Source: an uncultured virus (IMG/VR IMGVR_UViG_3300035190_000132)
Lineage: Duplodnaviria > Heunggongvirae > Uroviricota > Caudoviricetes
DNA: 20,000 nucleotides
IMG/VR virus record: IMGVR_UViG_3300035190_000132
Reading direction: 5' to 3' (one strand)
This document shows positions 1 to 7,711 of the stretch, one piece after another; the stretch's first letter is position 1, and each line of letters begins with the position of its first letter. Position numbers and translations under genes: made by a program. A model generated the notes under the pieces. That model saw only the letters and a list, made by a program, of their open reading frames with translations, was not told where the DNA came from and searched no databases.

Positions 1-999
1 ATCCTTGAGCGTCAGTTAAAGGTAATGACCGCTGTTCAGGCGCGTATTCACTATTCATTTAAGCAAGAGCTGGCTCTTCTGCGCGACATTATCAGAGACT
101 ACACACCTGATGAATACTCTTACCAGCCAGAAGAAGGATCCCGCAAAGCCAAGCGATCTGATTACGACTTAGTTGATGTTATTCCTGTGAGTGATCCCAA
201 TGCGGCCACGATGGCGCAGAAGATTGTCCAATATCAGGCGGTGATCCAGCTGGCCCAGCAAGCTCCCCAGATCTATGACTTACCACAGTTACATAGGCAG
301 ATGCTTGATGTCCTCGGTATTAAAAACGCCCAGAAGTTGGTGCCGTTGCCTGATGATGAGATGCCAAAAGACCCAGTCAGCGAGAACATGGCCGCACTGA
401 AAGGTATGCCGATGAAGGCGTTTATCTACCAAGATCAACAAGCCCACATTGCTACGCACCAGACGTTCATGCAAGACCCATTGATTCAAAAGACGGTGGG
501 TCAGAACCCCATGGCCAATCAGATCATGGCTTCTATGCAGGCTCACATTGCCGAGCACTTAGGCTTCCACTATCGTCAGTTGATAGAGAAGCAAATGGGT
601 GTGCCAATGCCCGCCCCGAACGAGAAATTGCCAGAGGATGTGGAAGTCCAGCTGTCGCAGCTCATCGCACAGGCAAGCGCCCAGTTACTGCAAGCCAATA
701 CTGCACAGGCCCAGCAGGCTCAAGCGGCGGCTATGCAACAAGATCCCCTTATCCAAATGCAACAGCAAGAGCTGGCGCTTAAGGGTCAAGAGGTGCAGCG
801 TAAGGCTCAGAAGGATGCAACTGATGCCCAGCTCAAACAATCACAGCAGCAGATTGAGCGTGACCGTATCGCTACCCAAAAGGAAATTGATATGGCGCGC
901 CTGCAGGCTACGATACAAAAAGATCAGATGGAACTAGCCCAAGACGCCCAGTCAGAGAAGACCAAACTTTTGGCTGACATGATGAGGAATAAACAATGA
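1..999 (+). CDS. Phage portal protein, C-terminal part (5' end lies outside the window)
   Basis: Frame is open from base 1 (ILERQLKV-MTAVQARIHY...). Contains DVIPVSDPN and a long Gln/Ala-rich coiled-coil C-terminus like P22-type portal barrels. Lies upstream of the scaffold and capsid genes. Confidence 0.75.
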   Translation: MLERQLKVMTAVQARIHYSFKQELALLRDIIRDYTPDEYSYQPEEGSRKAKRSDYDLVDVIPVSDPNAATMAQKIVQYQAVIQLAQQAPQIYDLPQLHRQMLDVLGIKNAQKLVPLPDDEMPKDPVSENMAALKGMPMKAFIYQDQQAHIATHQTFMQDPLIQKTVGQNPMANQIMASMQAHIAEHLGFHYRQLIEKQMGVPMPAPNEKLPEDVEVQLSQLIAQASAQLLQANTAQAQQAQAAAMQQDPLIQMQQQELALKGQEVQRKAQKDATDAQLKQSQQQIERDRIATQKEIDMARLQATIQKDQMELAQDAQSEKTKLLADMMRNKQ

Positions 1000-1196
1000 T
1001 CGACAAATACCTAAAACTTCTAGCTTCAAAGATAGATGACAAAGTATCCCAACTCCAAATGTCAATAGCCGATGGCAAGGCTGAAGACTTTGCGGAGTAC
1101 AAGAAGATGTGTGGAGAGGTGAAAGGTCTACTCACTGCACGTTTATACATCATAGACCTACAAGAAAGAGTCAATCACGATGACGATGACGAGTGA
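996..1196 (+). CDS. Small conserved phage hypothetical protein (66 aa)
   Basis: ATGA overlap with the portal stop, GAGG RBS upstream, helical sequence with FAEYKKMCGEVKGL, sits between portal and GroES-like gene. Confidence 0.7.
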   Translation: MIDKYLKLLASKIDDKVSQLQMSIADGKAEDFAEYKKMCGEVKGLLTARLYIIDLQERVNHDDDDE

Positions 1197-1602
1197 GATT
1201 TCAAATCTCGACATAACCAAGGCCGTGGATTTATCCAAGATCTTGAACACAAAGCCAGAGGAGAAGGCTAAACAACTTCCCCGCCCATCTGGTTACAGAA
1301 TTCTTTGTGCCATACCCGATATGGAAAAAGAATACGGAGACTCCGGACTCATTAAAGCGGAAGAAACTCTCATGATTGAGGAAACCCTGACTACTGTGTT
1401 ATTCGTAGTAGACATGGGCCCAGACTGCTACAAGGACGCAAGCCGATTCCCATCTGGCCCGTACTGCAAGAAGGGTGACTTTATCTTGATTAGACCCAAT
1501 TCAGGAACGCGACTGGTAATTCACGGCAAAGAATTCCGTGTGATCAATGACGATTCTGTTGAAGGCGTAGTAGATGATCCTCGCGGTATTCGCCGTAAAT
1601 AA
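1180..1602 (+). CDS. groES: GroES/Cpn10-like co-chaperonin
   Basis: Cpn10 pattern: LPRPSGYRIL (cf. L.PL.DRVL), SGLI mobile-loop motif, VVDMGP (cf. VVAVGPG), KKGDFIL (cf. VKVGD.V), GTRLVIHGKEFRVINDDSVEGVV (cf. GTEV.IDGEE.LI..ESDILAIV). Start may be 1180 or 1186. Confidence 0.85.
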   Translation: MTMTSEISNLDITKAVDLSKILNTKPEEKAKQLPRPSGYRILCAIPDMEKEYGDSGLIKAEETLMIEETLTTVLFVVDMGPDCYKDASRFPSGPYCKKGDFILIRPNSGTRLVIHGKEFRVINDDSVEGVVDDPRGIRRK

Positions 1603-1610
1603 GGAACAAC

Positions 1611-2555
1611 ATGGCTGAAACTTTTAAATTCCCAGACGAACAGGATGACGTAAAGGTCACCACAGAAGACGATCAAACTGATGAACAGATCATCATTGAC
1701 GTAGAAGACAACACGCCGGAAGAGGATCGCGGTAAACCCCCTCTGCCGGACAATGTAAAGGAAGAGCTCTATAACGATGAGCTGGAAGACTATTCCAGTA
1801 AGGTCAAAAAGAAGCTAATCCAGATGAAGAAGCTGGCTCACGATGAACGCCGTGAGAAAGATAACGCTATACGAGAGCAACAAGAGGCTATTGCCTTTGC
1901 TCAAAAGGTAATGCAAGAGAACCAGCGCCTTAAGTCAAACCTTAATAACAGCGAGAAGAACGTGCTTATGAGCGTTCAGAAAGCTGTGGCTATGGAGATG
2001 GAAGCGGCCAAGCGCGCTTATCGTGAAGCCTATGATTCTGGCGACACTGATAAGGTGATGGAAGCCCAAGAGCGTCTTACCCAAGCAACCCTCAAAACCG
2101 AAAAAGTAAAGAATTTTCGTCCACCCGCTTTACAAGAGGAAGAAACTCCTGTACAAATGCAATCACAGCCGGCACCACAGTTCCGTCCTGACCCCAGCGC
2201 GCAAGCATGGCAACAGGAAAATCCGTGGTTCGGAGAAGATGAAGAGATGACCAGTTTAGCTCTAGGCCTCCATGAGAGACTCAAGCGCGAAGGTGTTCAG
2301 GTTTCATCACAAGAATATTATCGAAAGATAGACGCCACTATCCGCAAGCGTTTCCCCGAGCGATTCGAGGAAGAAGCGGAACAAAATGAGCGCCCAGTCG
2401 CTCGAAGAAGTTCGGTGGTAGCACCGGCTACAAGGTCAACTGCTCCTAAGAGGGTTCGTTTGAATCCATCTGAAATGAGTCTGGCCAAGAAACTAAATTT
2501 AACGCCCGAGCAATATGCCAAGGCGAAACTCGAAATGGAGGCCAATAATGGCTGA
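1611..2555 (+). CDS. Probable capsid scaffolding protein
   Basis: AAGGA RBS. Acidic N-terminus, long coiled coil, W..ENPWFG motif, basic C-terminal helix (AKKLNLTPEQYAK). Position upstream of the capsid genes. Confidence 0.6.
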   Translation: MAETFKFPDEQDDVKVTTEDDQTDEQIIIDVEDNTPEEDRGKPPLPDNVKEELYNDELEDYSSKVKKKLIQMKKLAHDERREKDNAIREQQEAIAFAQKVMQENQRLKSNLNNSEKNVLMSVQKAVAMEMEAAKRAYREAYDSGDTDKVMEAQERLTQATLKTEKVKNFRPPALQEEETPVQMQSQPAPQFRPDPSAQAWQQENPWFGEDEEMTSLALGLHERLKREGVQVSSQEYYRKIDATIRKRFPERFEEEAEQNERPVARRSSVVAPATRSTAPKRVRLNPSEMSLAKKLNLTPEQYAKAKLEMEANNG

Positions 2556-2997
2556 AAACAGAAAACCGCGTGAACTTGAAGATAGATTGATGGCTGAACG
2601 TCCTAAACAGTGGCAGCAGGCCGAACTTCTACCTGAACCCGACAAGCACCCGGACTACGCTTACCGATGGATTCGTGTTTCTAATTTAAACACAGCTGAC
2701 CCTCGTAACTTGGCCGCAAAACGGCGCGAAGGATGGGAGCCAGTAGGTTTAGATGAACAACCACAATTTAGACTGTTAGCTGATCCCAATAGCCGTTATA
2801 AAGACCATATTGAGATTGGCGGGTTGTTACTCTGTAAGACCCCGAAAGAGTTTGTGGAACAGCGTAATACGCACTTTAACAAGTTGACACAATCTCAGAC
2901 GGAAGCTGTAGACAACAATCTAATGCGTCAAAGCGATGCGCGGATGCCTCTCTTCAAAGAGAATAAATCCTCGTCTAGCTTTGGTAAAGGTACTTAA
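2548..2997 (+). CDS. Conserved phage head-region hypothetical protein
   Basis: GGAGG at 2537-2541 favours ATG 2548 (MAENRKPREL) over 2515. Motifs YRWIR, REGWEPV, GGLLLCK. Confidence 0.7.
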   Translation: MAENRKPRELEDRLMAERPKQWQQAELLPEPDKHPDYAYRWIRVSNLNTADPRNLAAKRREGWEPVGLDEQPQFRLLADPNSRYKDHIEIGGLLLCKTPKEFVEQRNTHFNKLTQSQTEAVDNNLMRQSDARMPLFKENKSSSSFGKGT

Positions 2998-3015
2998 ATT
3001 TTATAGGAGTCTTAA

Positions 3016-3846
3016 ATGGCTTATCCTGTGGTTTCAAGCCCTTACGGGCTAAAACCGATCAACTTGATCGGAGGTCAGGTATTTGCGGGTTCTACTCGTG
3101 AATACGCAATCATCAACAACTACGCTACGAACATCTTTTATGGTGATCTCGTGGGCTTGGTTCGCGGTAATTTAGAGCGTCTTTCTGTAAGTACTGGTAC
3201 GTTGGGTACAGTAGCGGGTGTCTTTTTGGGATGCTCGTATACCAACCCGCTGACCAAACAGAAGACGTTTTCTCAGTATTATCCAGCAAGTACTGCTGCG
3301 GGCGACATTATGGCTATCGTTTGTGACGATCCTGACACTGTGTTCTCTGCTGTTGTTTGCTCGGCTACTACTGTTATTGCTTCTGGTGCTCGTGCAATGA
3401 TCGGCCAAAACGTGGCCATGATCAACAACACTGGCAGCACTGCAACTGGTAATTCAAAGAACGCAGTTCTAGCTCCAAGCGATACGCCTGCAACGACAGA
3501 TGCTCTGCCTTTGCGTGTGTTGGGTTTGAATCCAGATACCGAAGTTTCTCTTGGTTCCGCCACATTCACAAGCATTTCAACTGCCACTATCACTTGTAGC
3601 GCAATTCCCTTTGCGTTGCCTGTTGGTACTGATGTAGGCTCATTGGACTCTAACGGCAATTACATTGCTTCAGGATCCTTTGTAGATACAGCAGCGGCGG
3701 CTGGTGCAACGACTGTGATTTTGAATCAAGCCCCCATCACTGCGTTTGCCGCAAGCTCAACGTTGATCTTTAATCAATTCCCAGAAATTCTGGTTAAATT
3801 GAATTTTGGTCAGCACGAGTATTACGCAGCAACTGCTACAGCATAA
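3016..3846 (+). CDS. Auxiliary capsid / head decoration protein
   Basis: AGGAG RBS at 3005-3009. Ala/Thr/Gly-rich beta-type sequence (PYGLKP, IFYGDLV, GVFLGCSY) directly upstream of the major capsid gene. Confidence 0.55.
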   Translation: MAYPVVSSPYGLKPINLIGGQVFAGSTREYAIINNYATNIFYGDLVGLVRGNLERLSVSTGTLGTVAGVFLGCSYTNPLTKQKTFSQYYPASTAAGDIMAIVCDDPDTVFSAVVCSATTVIASGARAMIGQNVAMINNTGSTATGNSKNAVLAPSDTPATTDALPLRVLGLNPDTEVSLGSATFTSISTATITCSAIPFALPVGTDVGSLDSNGNYIASGSFVDTAAAAGATTVILNQAPITAFAASSTLIFNQFPEILVKLNFGQHEYYAATATA

Positions 3847-3857
3847 GGAGCTAGATC

Positions 3858-4766
3858 ATGGCTATTTCACGCGCACAACTACTTAAAGAGTTGCTTCCCG
3901 GTCTGAACGCTTTGTTCGGTCTGCAATATGCAACATACGATCAAGAGCACAAAGAGATCTACGAAACTGAGACATCAGAGCGTAGCTTCGAAGAAGAGAC
4001 TAAACTCTCTGGCTTCTCTGCCGCACCAGTCAAAAATGAAGGCTCTGCCATCAGCTATGACAATGCACAGGAAGCATGGACTGCTCGATACAACCACGAA
4101 ACCATTGCTTTGGGCTTCAGCTTGACTGAAGAGGCTATCGAAGATAACTTGTATGACTCTTTGTCTGCACGTTATACGAAAGCTTTGGCCCGCGCTATGG
4201 CATACACCAAGCAAGTTAAAGCAGCCGCTGTTTTGAACAACGGTTTCTCTAGCGCTTATGTTGGTGGTGACGGTGTTGCATTGTTCAGTGCATCACATCC
4301 TTTGGTGTCTGGTGGTACTAACAGTAACGTTCCTACTACACCAGCTGACTTGAACGAGACTTCTTTGGAAGCCGCCGTTATTCAGATCAGCTTGTGGACA
4401 GACGAGCGCGGCCTGTTGATCGCAGCTAAACCAAAGAAATTGGTTGTTCCTTCTTCATTGCAATTCGTTGCTACCCGCTTGCTCGAAACGGAACTCCGTG
4501 TCGGTACAGCTGATAACGACATCAACGCAATTAAGAACAACGGTTCAATTGCTGAAGGTTACTGTGTAAACCACTTCTTGACCGATACTAACGCTTGGTT
4601 CTTGACCACAGACGTTCCTAACGGCATGAAGCACTTTGTTCGTTCACCCTTGGCTAACTCCATGGACGGCGACTTCGATACAGGTAACGTTCGTTACAAG
4701 TCTCGCGAGCGTTATTCTTTTGGTTGGTCAGATCCATTGGGTATGTTCGGCTCTGCTGGTGCTTAA
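3858..4766 (+). CDS. Major capsid protein (HK97 fold, Mu gpT-like family)
   Basis: 302 aa with MAISRAQLLKELLPGLNALFG, SERSFEEE, ETIALGFSLTEEAIEDNLY, DFDTGNVRYKSRERYSFGWSD, recognised as a common aquatic-phage capsid family. TAAGGAG RBS, biased codon use, terminator downstream. Confidence 0.9.
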   Translation: MAISRAQLLKELLPGLNALFGLQYATYDQEHKEIYETETSERSFEEETKLSGFSAAPVKNEGSAISYDNAQEAWTARYNHETIALGFSLTEEAIEDNLYDSLSARYTKALARAMAYTKQVKAAAVLNNGFSSAYVGGDGVALFSASHPLVSGGTNSNVPTTPADLNETSLEAAVIQISLWTDERGLLIAAKPKKLVVPSSLQFVATRLLETELRVGTADNDINAIKNNGSIAEGYCVNHFLTDTNAWFLTTDVPNGMKHFVRSPLANSMDGDFDTGNVRYKSRERYSFGWSDPLGMFGSAGA

Positions 4767-4778
4767 TCAGCGGTAAAG

Positions 4779-4805
4779 AAAAAGGGGGCTTCGGCTCCCT
4801 TTTTT
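4779..4805 (+). terminator. Rho-independent terminator after the capsid gene (probably bidirectional)
   Basis: AAAAAGGGGGC-TTCG-GCTCCCTTTTTT: stem with C(UUCG)G tetraloop, U-tract after and A-tract before. Confidence 0.9.
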
Positions 4806-4806
4806 G

Positions 4807-4835
4807 TTGCATTGTTTTTATTTGAGTGGTATAAA
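4807..4835 (+). promoter_or_regulatory. Sigma70-type promoter
   Basis: TTGCAT (4807-4812), 17-nt spacer, TG at 4827-4828, TATAAA (4830-4835). Lies directly after the terminator and about 10 nt before the structured element. Confidence 0.65.
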
Positions 4836-4842
4836 CATATTA

Positions 4843-4918
4843 ATCCGGGCTTATCCGGTGCATTAGACAGTCCCGGCTGACGACATACAGACTGATGCAC
4901 TTAACTTGTATGTAAGGA
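4843..4918 (+). ncRNA. Candidate pseudoknotted structured RNA, probably Mu-gpT-DE-like
   Basis: Interleaved complementary segments: CCGGG 4845-4849 with CCCGG 4872-4876; GTGCATTAG 4858-4866 with CTGATGCAC 4892-4900 (one G-U); ACATACA 4883-4889 with TGTATGT 4907-4913. Located downstream of a gpT-like capsid gene, as described for the Mu-gpT-DE motif. Family assignment is from context only. Confidence 0.6.
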
Positions 4919-4924
4919 AAAATC

Positions 4925-5446
4925 ATGGCAAATACCACGTTTAACGGCCCAGTTCGTTCTGAAAACGGCTTTCAAGACATTTCTATTAACGCAACAACTG
5001 GCGCAGTTACAGTTGACGCTACGTTTGGTGCTACCACTAGCGTAACCAACCTAACTACTACAAATCTGGTTTTTACTGACCAAAACCATCCCTCAACCGC
5101 TGCTATTAACGCCACAGCAACAGCCACCGCAGCAGAAGTTGCTACGGGCTACATCACTTCAACTTCTGTTGGAACAGTCACCATCACTTTGCCTACAGGC
5201 ACTTTGCTTGGCGCAGCCTTGGGCGCAACTCGTGGCACTACGCTGGACTTGTACGTTGACAACACCGCTGGCGCAAACACCGTGACTATCGCTGTTGCAA
5301 CTAATGGCATCTTGTCTGCCGCTGCAGCCGCTGGTTCTAGTGCTGGTGCTGGCCTGTTGACCGTGCCATCTGGCGTAACTGGCATTGGTTGCTTCCGCAT
5401 CATGTTCTCTAGCGCCACTGCATACGTGTTCTCTCGTATCGCTTAA
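4925..5446 (+). CDS. Probable capsid decoration / minor virion protein
   Basis: TAAGGA RBS. N-terminus MANTTFNGPVRSENGF, very Thr/Ala/Gly-rich beta sequence, follows the capsid gene and has its own terminator. Confidence 0.6.
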   Translation: MANTTFNGPVRSENGFQDISINATTGAVTVDATFGATTSVTNLTTTNLVFTDQNHPSTAAINATATATAAEVATGYITSTSVGTVTITLPTGTLLGAALGATRGTTLDLYVDNTAGANTVTIAVATNGILSAAAAAGSSAGAGLLTVPSGVTGIGCFRIMFSSATAYVFSRIA

Positions 5447-5453
5447 TCAACCC

Positions 5454-5475
5454 AAGGGGCTTCGGCCCCTTTTTT
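5454..5475 (+). terminator. Rho-independent terminator
   Basis: AAGGGGC-TTCG-GCCCCTT-TTTT: perfect stem, UUCG loop, U-tract. Confidence 0.9.
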
Positions 5476-5489
5476 AAAGGAGATTGATT

Positions 5490-5771
5490 ATGATGCAAAC
5501 AGACGTAAAAGCCGTTCATTTAGAAGCGACTGGCACTGCGGTGCCCTACCGCACCCGAGTGCGGGGCTATCAATTCTTGACTGGCGGCACTGCTGGTGAC
5601 ATTATTTTTCGCGACGGTGGTTCTGGCGGCCCCATAACTTTGCAATTTAATATTGCTGTTTCACCAACAAATCCGCTATCATTTACGGTTCCCGGAGAAG
5701 GCGTTTTGTTTAGTACAAATGTCCATATAACTTTGCCTGCCAGCGCAAAAATCACGGTGTTCTATGGCTAA
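5490..5771 (+). CDS. Small putative virion structural protein
   Basis: AGGAG at 5478-5482 favours ATG 5490 (or 5493). Beta-rich with VPGEGVLF and a terminal TVFYG. Confidence 0.65.
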   Translation: MMQTDVKAVHLEATGTAVPYRTRVRGYQFLTGGTAGDIIFRDGGSGGPITLQFNIAVSPTNPLSFTVPGEGVLFSTNVHITLPASAKITVFYG

Positions 5772-6009
5772 GAGTCCAGCATGGCAGAGGAAAGAGGGAA
5801 AGAGTCCGACTGGTGGCTTGAATGCCAAGGGACGCGCCTCCGCCAAAAAGCAAGGTATGAACTTGAAACCTCCCCAGCCGGAAGGCGGCTCCCGCAAGGA
5901 CGCTTTCTGTGCGAGGATGGGCGGTATGAAGAAGAAGTTAACCAGCGAAAAGACCGCAAAAGATCCAGATTCACGGATCAATAAAGCGTTGAAGAAATGG
6001 AAATGCTAG
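5764..6009 (+). CDS. Small basic conserved phage protein (possibly DUF6321-like)
   Basis: MAKSPAWQRKEGK..GGLNAKGRAS...FCARM.GM...DP.SRINKAL..W.C pattern, Lys-rich, overlaps both neighbours. DUF label is from memory and tentative. Confidence 0.7.
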   Translation: MAKSPAWQRKEGKSPTGGLNAKGRASAKKQGMNLKPPQPEGGSRKDAFCARMGGMKKKLTSEKTAKDPDSRINKALKKWKC

Positions 6010-6245
6010 ATCTCAATACAGTTTGGTCGGCCACATTAACATTGTTAATGTCAGTTATGGGTTATATCGTGAATGAAAAGTTTCGCGAGTTGTCCCGTAT
6101 TACGATTCTTTTGAACAAAACCCGTGAGGAGGTTGCCCGTGATAACGTTACTCAAGCAGAAGTGGATCGCATTACGAACCACATTGACCAACGCTTTAAC
6201 AAACTTGAAGCAAAAATTGACCAGCTTATTCAAGCGGGGCGATAA
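6003..6245 (+). CDS. Small membrane-anchored coiled-coil protein
   Basis: N-terminal hydrophobic segment (TVWSATLTLLMSVMGYIV) then a coiled coil (RFNKLEAKIDQLI). Start is 6003 or 5997. Confidence 0.6.
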   Translation: MLDLNTVWSATLTLLMSVMGYIVNEKFRELSRITILLNKTREEVARDNVTQAEVDRITNHIDQRFNKLEAKIDQLIQAGR

Positions 6246-6970
6246 TGCCAAGCAAGAGTAAAGCGCAACACAATTTCATGGCGGCGGTGGCTCATAACCC
6301 AGCGTTTGCCAAGAAAGCAGGCGTCCCACAGTCTGTGGGTAAAGATTTTAATGAGGCCGATAAAGGCCGTAAATTTGCAAGAGGTGGTGACACTATGGCT
6401 AAAAAAGATTCTGAATTTGATGATGACGTTGCTACGGTAAAACGCGCTCTGTACAAACAACCCGGCGATGCAACGCTTTACAGTCGTGAACGTGGGCTGA
6501 AACCCGGTATGGCGCGCCGCCGTCTTGATGAACGTGGCGTTGATGTTCGTGCTCTGGCTGCCAATGAGGCAAATCCAGAGGATCTTGGTAACTTTAAAAA
6601 AGGTGGCAATGTGAAAAAAATGAATATGGGCGGATATGCAGGTGGCGGTATGCCAATGGTCATGAAAGATGGACAAAAAGTTCCAGCTTTTGCGGCTGAC
6701 GGTAAGGGCAAGATGGCTAAAGGCGGCATGGCTAAAGCAGACATGAAGCAAGACAAGTCAATGATGCAGAAGGCCGTGAACAAACACGAAGGCCGTTTGC
6801 ACAAAGGCTCAACCATGACCAAGCTGGCCAGCGGCGGCGCGGCCAAGAAAATGAACATGGGCGGCATGGCTTATGCAAAAGGCGGCTATACAAAAGCGGC
6901 TGATGGTATTGCTACTAAAGGCAAAACCAAGGGCACTCAAATTGTCATGAAGCGCGGCGGAATGTGTTAA
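6245..6970 (+). CDS. Basic Lys/Gly/Met-rich protein with repeated [FYML]xxGG motifs (candidate internal virion protein)
   Basis: 241 aa. Motifs FARGG, FKKGG, MNMGG (twice), YAGGG, MAKGG, LASGG, YAKGG, MKRGG, and C-terminal ADGIATKGKTKG. Confidence 0.7.
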   Translation: MPSKSKAQHNFMAAVAHNPAFAKKAGVPQSVGKDFNEADKGRKFARGGDTMAKKDSEFDDDVATVKRALYKQPGDATLYSRERGLKPGMARRRLDERGVDVRALAANEANPEDLGNFKKGGNVKKMNMGGYAGGGMPMVMKDGQKVPAFAADGKGKMAKGGMAKADMKQDKSMMQKAVNKHEGRLHKGSTMTKLASGGAAKKMNMGGMAYAKGGYTKAADGIATKGKTKGTQIVMKRGGMC

Positions 6971-6979
6971 GGAGCTGAT

Positions 6980-7288
6980 ATGCGTGAAGACCCATACGTA
7001 TACGGCGGTTCTACCGACATGGAACTTGAGCTTGAAGACAGACTTCGAGAAAAAGCCGGTGCTGGCCGTGGCGGTCAAGGTGGCCCTACAGCTAAAGAGC
7101 TGGCTGACTATGAACGCAAAATGAATCGTGGCATCTTTACTGAAGGTATGAAGCCACCTCAAGATGTTGATGGCGGTTCAGCTGCTCCTAAAAAGAAAGT
7201 TGTTAAGAAAGCCAGTGGCGGTATGACAGCTTCAAAACGTGGTGATGGTATTGCCCAGCGCGGCAAGACTCGCGGAAAGATGTGCTGA
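6980..7288 (+). CDS. Small phage protein ending in the GDGIAQRGKTRG motif
   Basis: TAAGGAG RBS. Shares its C-terminal motif and terminal MC with the 6245 ORF. Confidence 0.75.
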   Translation: MREDPYVYGGSTDMELELEDRLREKAGAGRGGQGGPTAKELADYERKMNRGIFTEGMKPPQDVDGGSAAPKKKVVKKASGGMTASKRGDGIAQRGKTRGKMC

Positions 7289-7289
7289 T

Positions 7290-7466
7290 ATGGCAACCGT
7301 AAAACCAGCTGCTAAAGTAGTTAAGTCTTTAAAGAAGGCTGGGTTTTACGGCGCCAGCAAACCCAAACGGTTGGGTATTATTAACAAAGTTACGACTAAA
7401 CCCCAGCGGATAGAAATGGTTGATAAATTGTTTCTAGCCAAGAAAGCTAAAGGTAATCCTAAATGA
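7290..7466 (+). CDS. Small Lys-rich hypothetical protein (58 aa)
   Basis: ATG 7290 sits just after the previous stop, the ORF fills the gap exactly and overlaps the next start (ATGA). Confidence 0.55.
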   Translation: MATVKPAAKVVKSLKKAGFYGASKPKRLGIINKVTTKPQRIEMVDKLFLAKKAKGNPK

Positions 7467-7711
7467 TGGCAAGCCGTGGAATGGGCGCTATGCGCGCCTC
7501 AAAAATGCCCAAAGGTGTACGCAAAGAGCGTAGGGATGACACTGACTTTACTGAGTACGCTGATGGCGGGCCTGTTGGCTTGTATGCCAACATTAACGCC
7601 AAGAGAAAACGTATTGCAGCTGGCTCTAAAGAGAAGATGCGTAAGCCCGGCTCTAAGGGTGCGCCTACAGCTCAAGCATTCATTAACTCTGCTAAGACTG
7701 CCAAGAAATGA
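7463..7711 (+). CDS. Small basic phage protein
   Basis: MMASRGMGA..., YADGG motif, GLYANINAKRKRI...KGAPT. ATGA overlaps at both ends. Confidence 0.7.
   Translation: MMASRGMGAMRASKMPKGVRKERRDDTDFTEYADGGPVGLYANINAKRKRIAAGSKEKMRKPGSKGAPTAQAFINSAKTAKK

Noticed and set aside
4764..4880. Stop read-through or frameshift extension of the capsid protein
   Set aside because: A strong terminator follows immediately, the in-frame continuation ends at TGA 4878-4880 without reaching ORF 4925, and I saw no slippery site before the stop.
4877..4920. Hammerhead ribozyme (CTGACGA ... GAAA)
   Set aside because: CUGANGA is present at 4877-4883, but GAAA is separated from the candidate stem II by extra bases and I could not build stems I and III around a cleavage triplet.
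6003..6245. Holin call for the single-TM protein
   Set aside because: No endolysin or spanin nearby, and one hydrophobic helix is not enough evidence.
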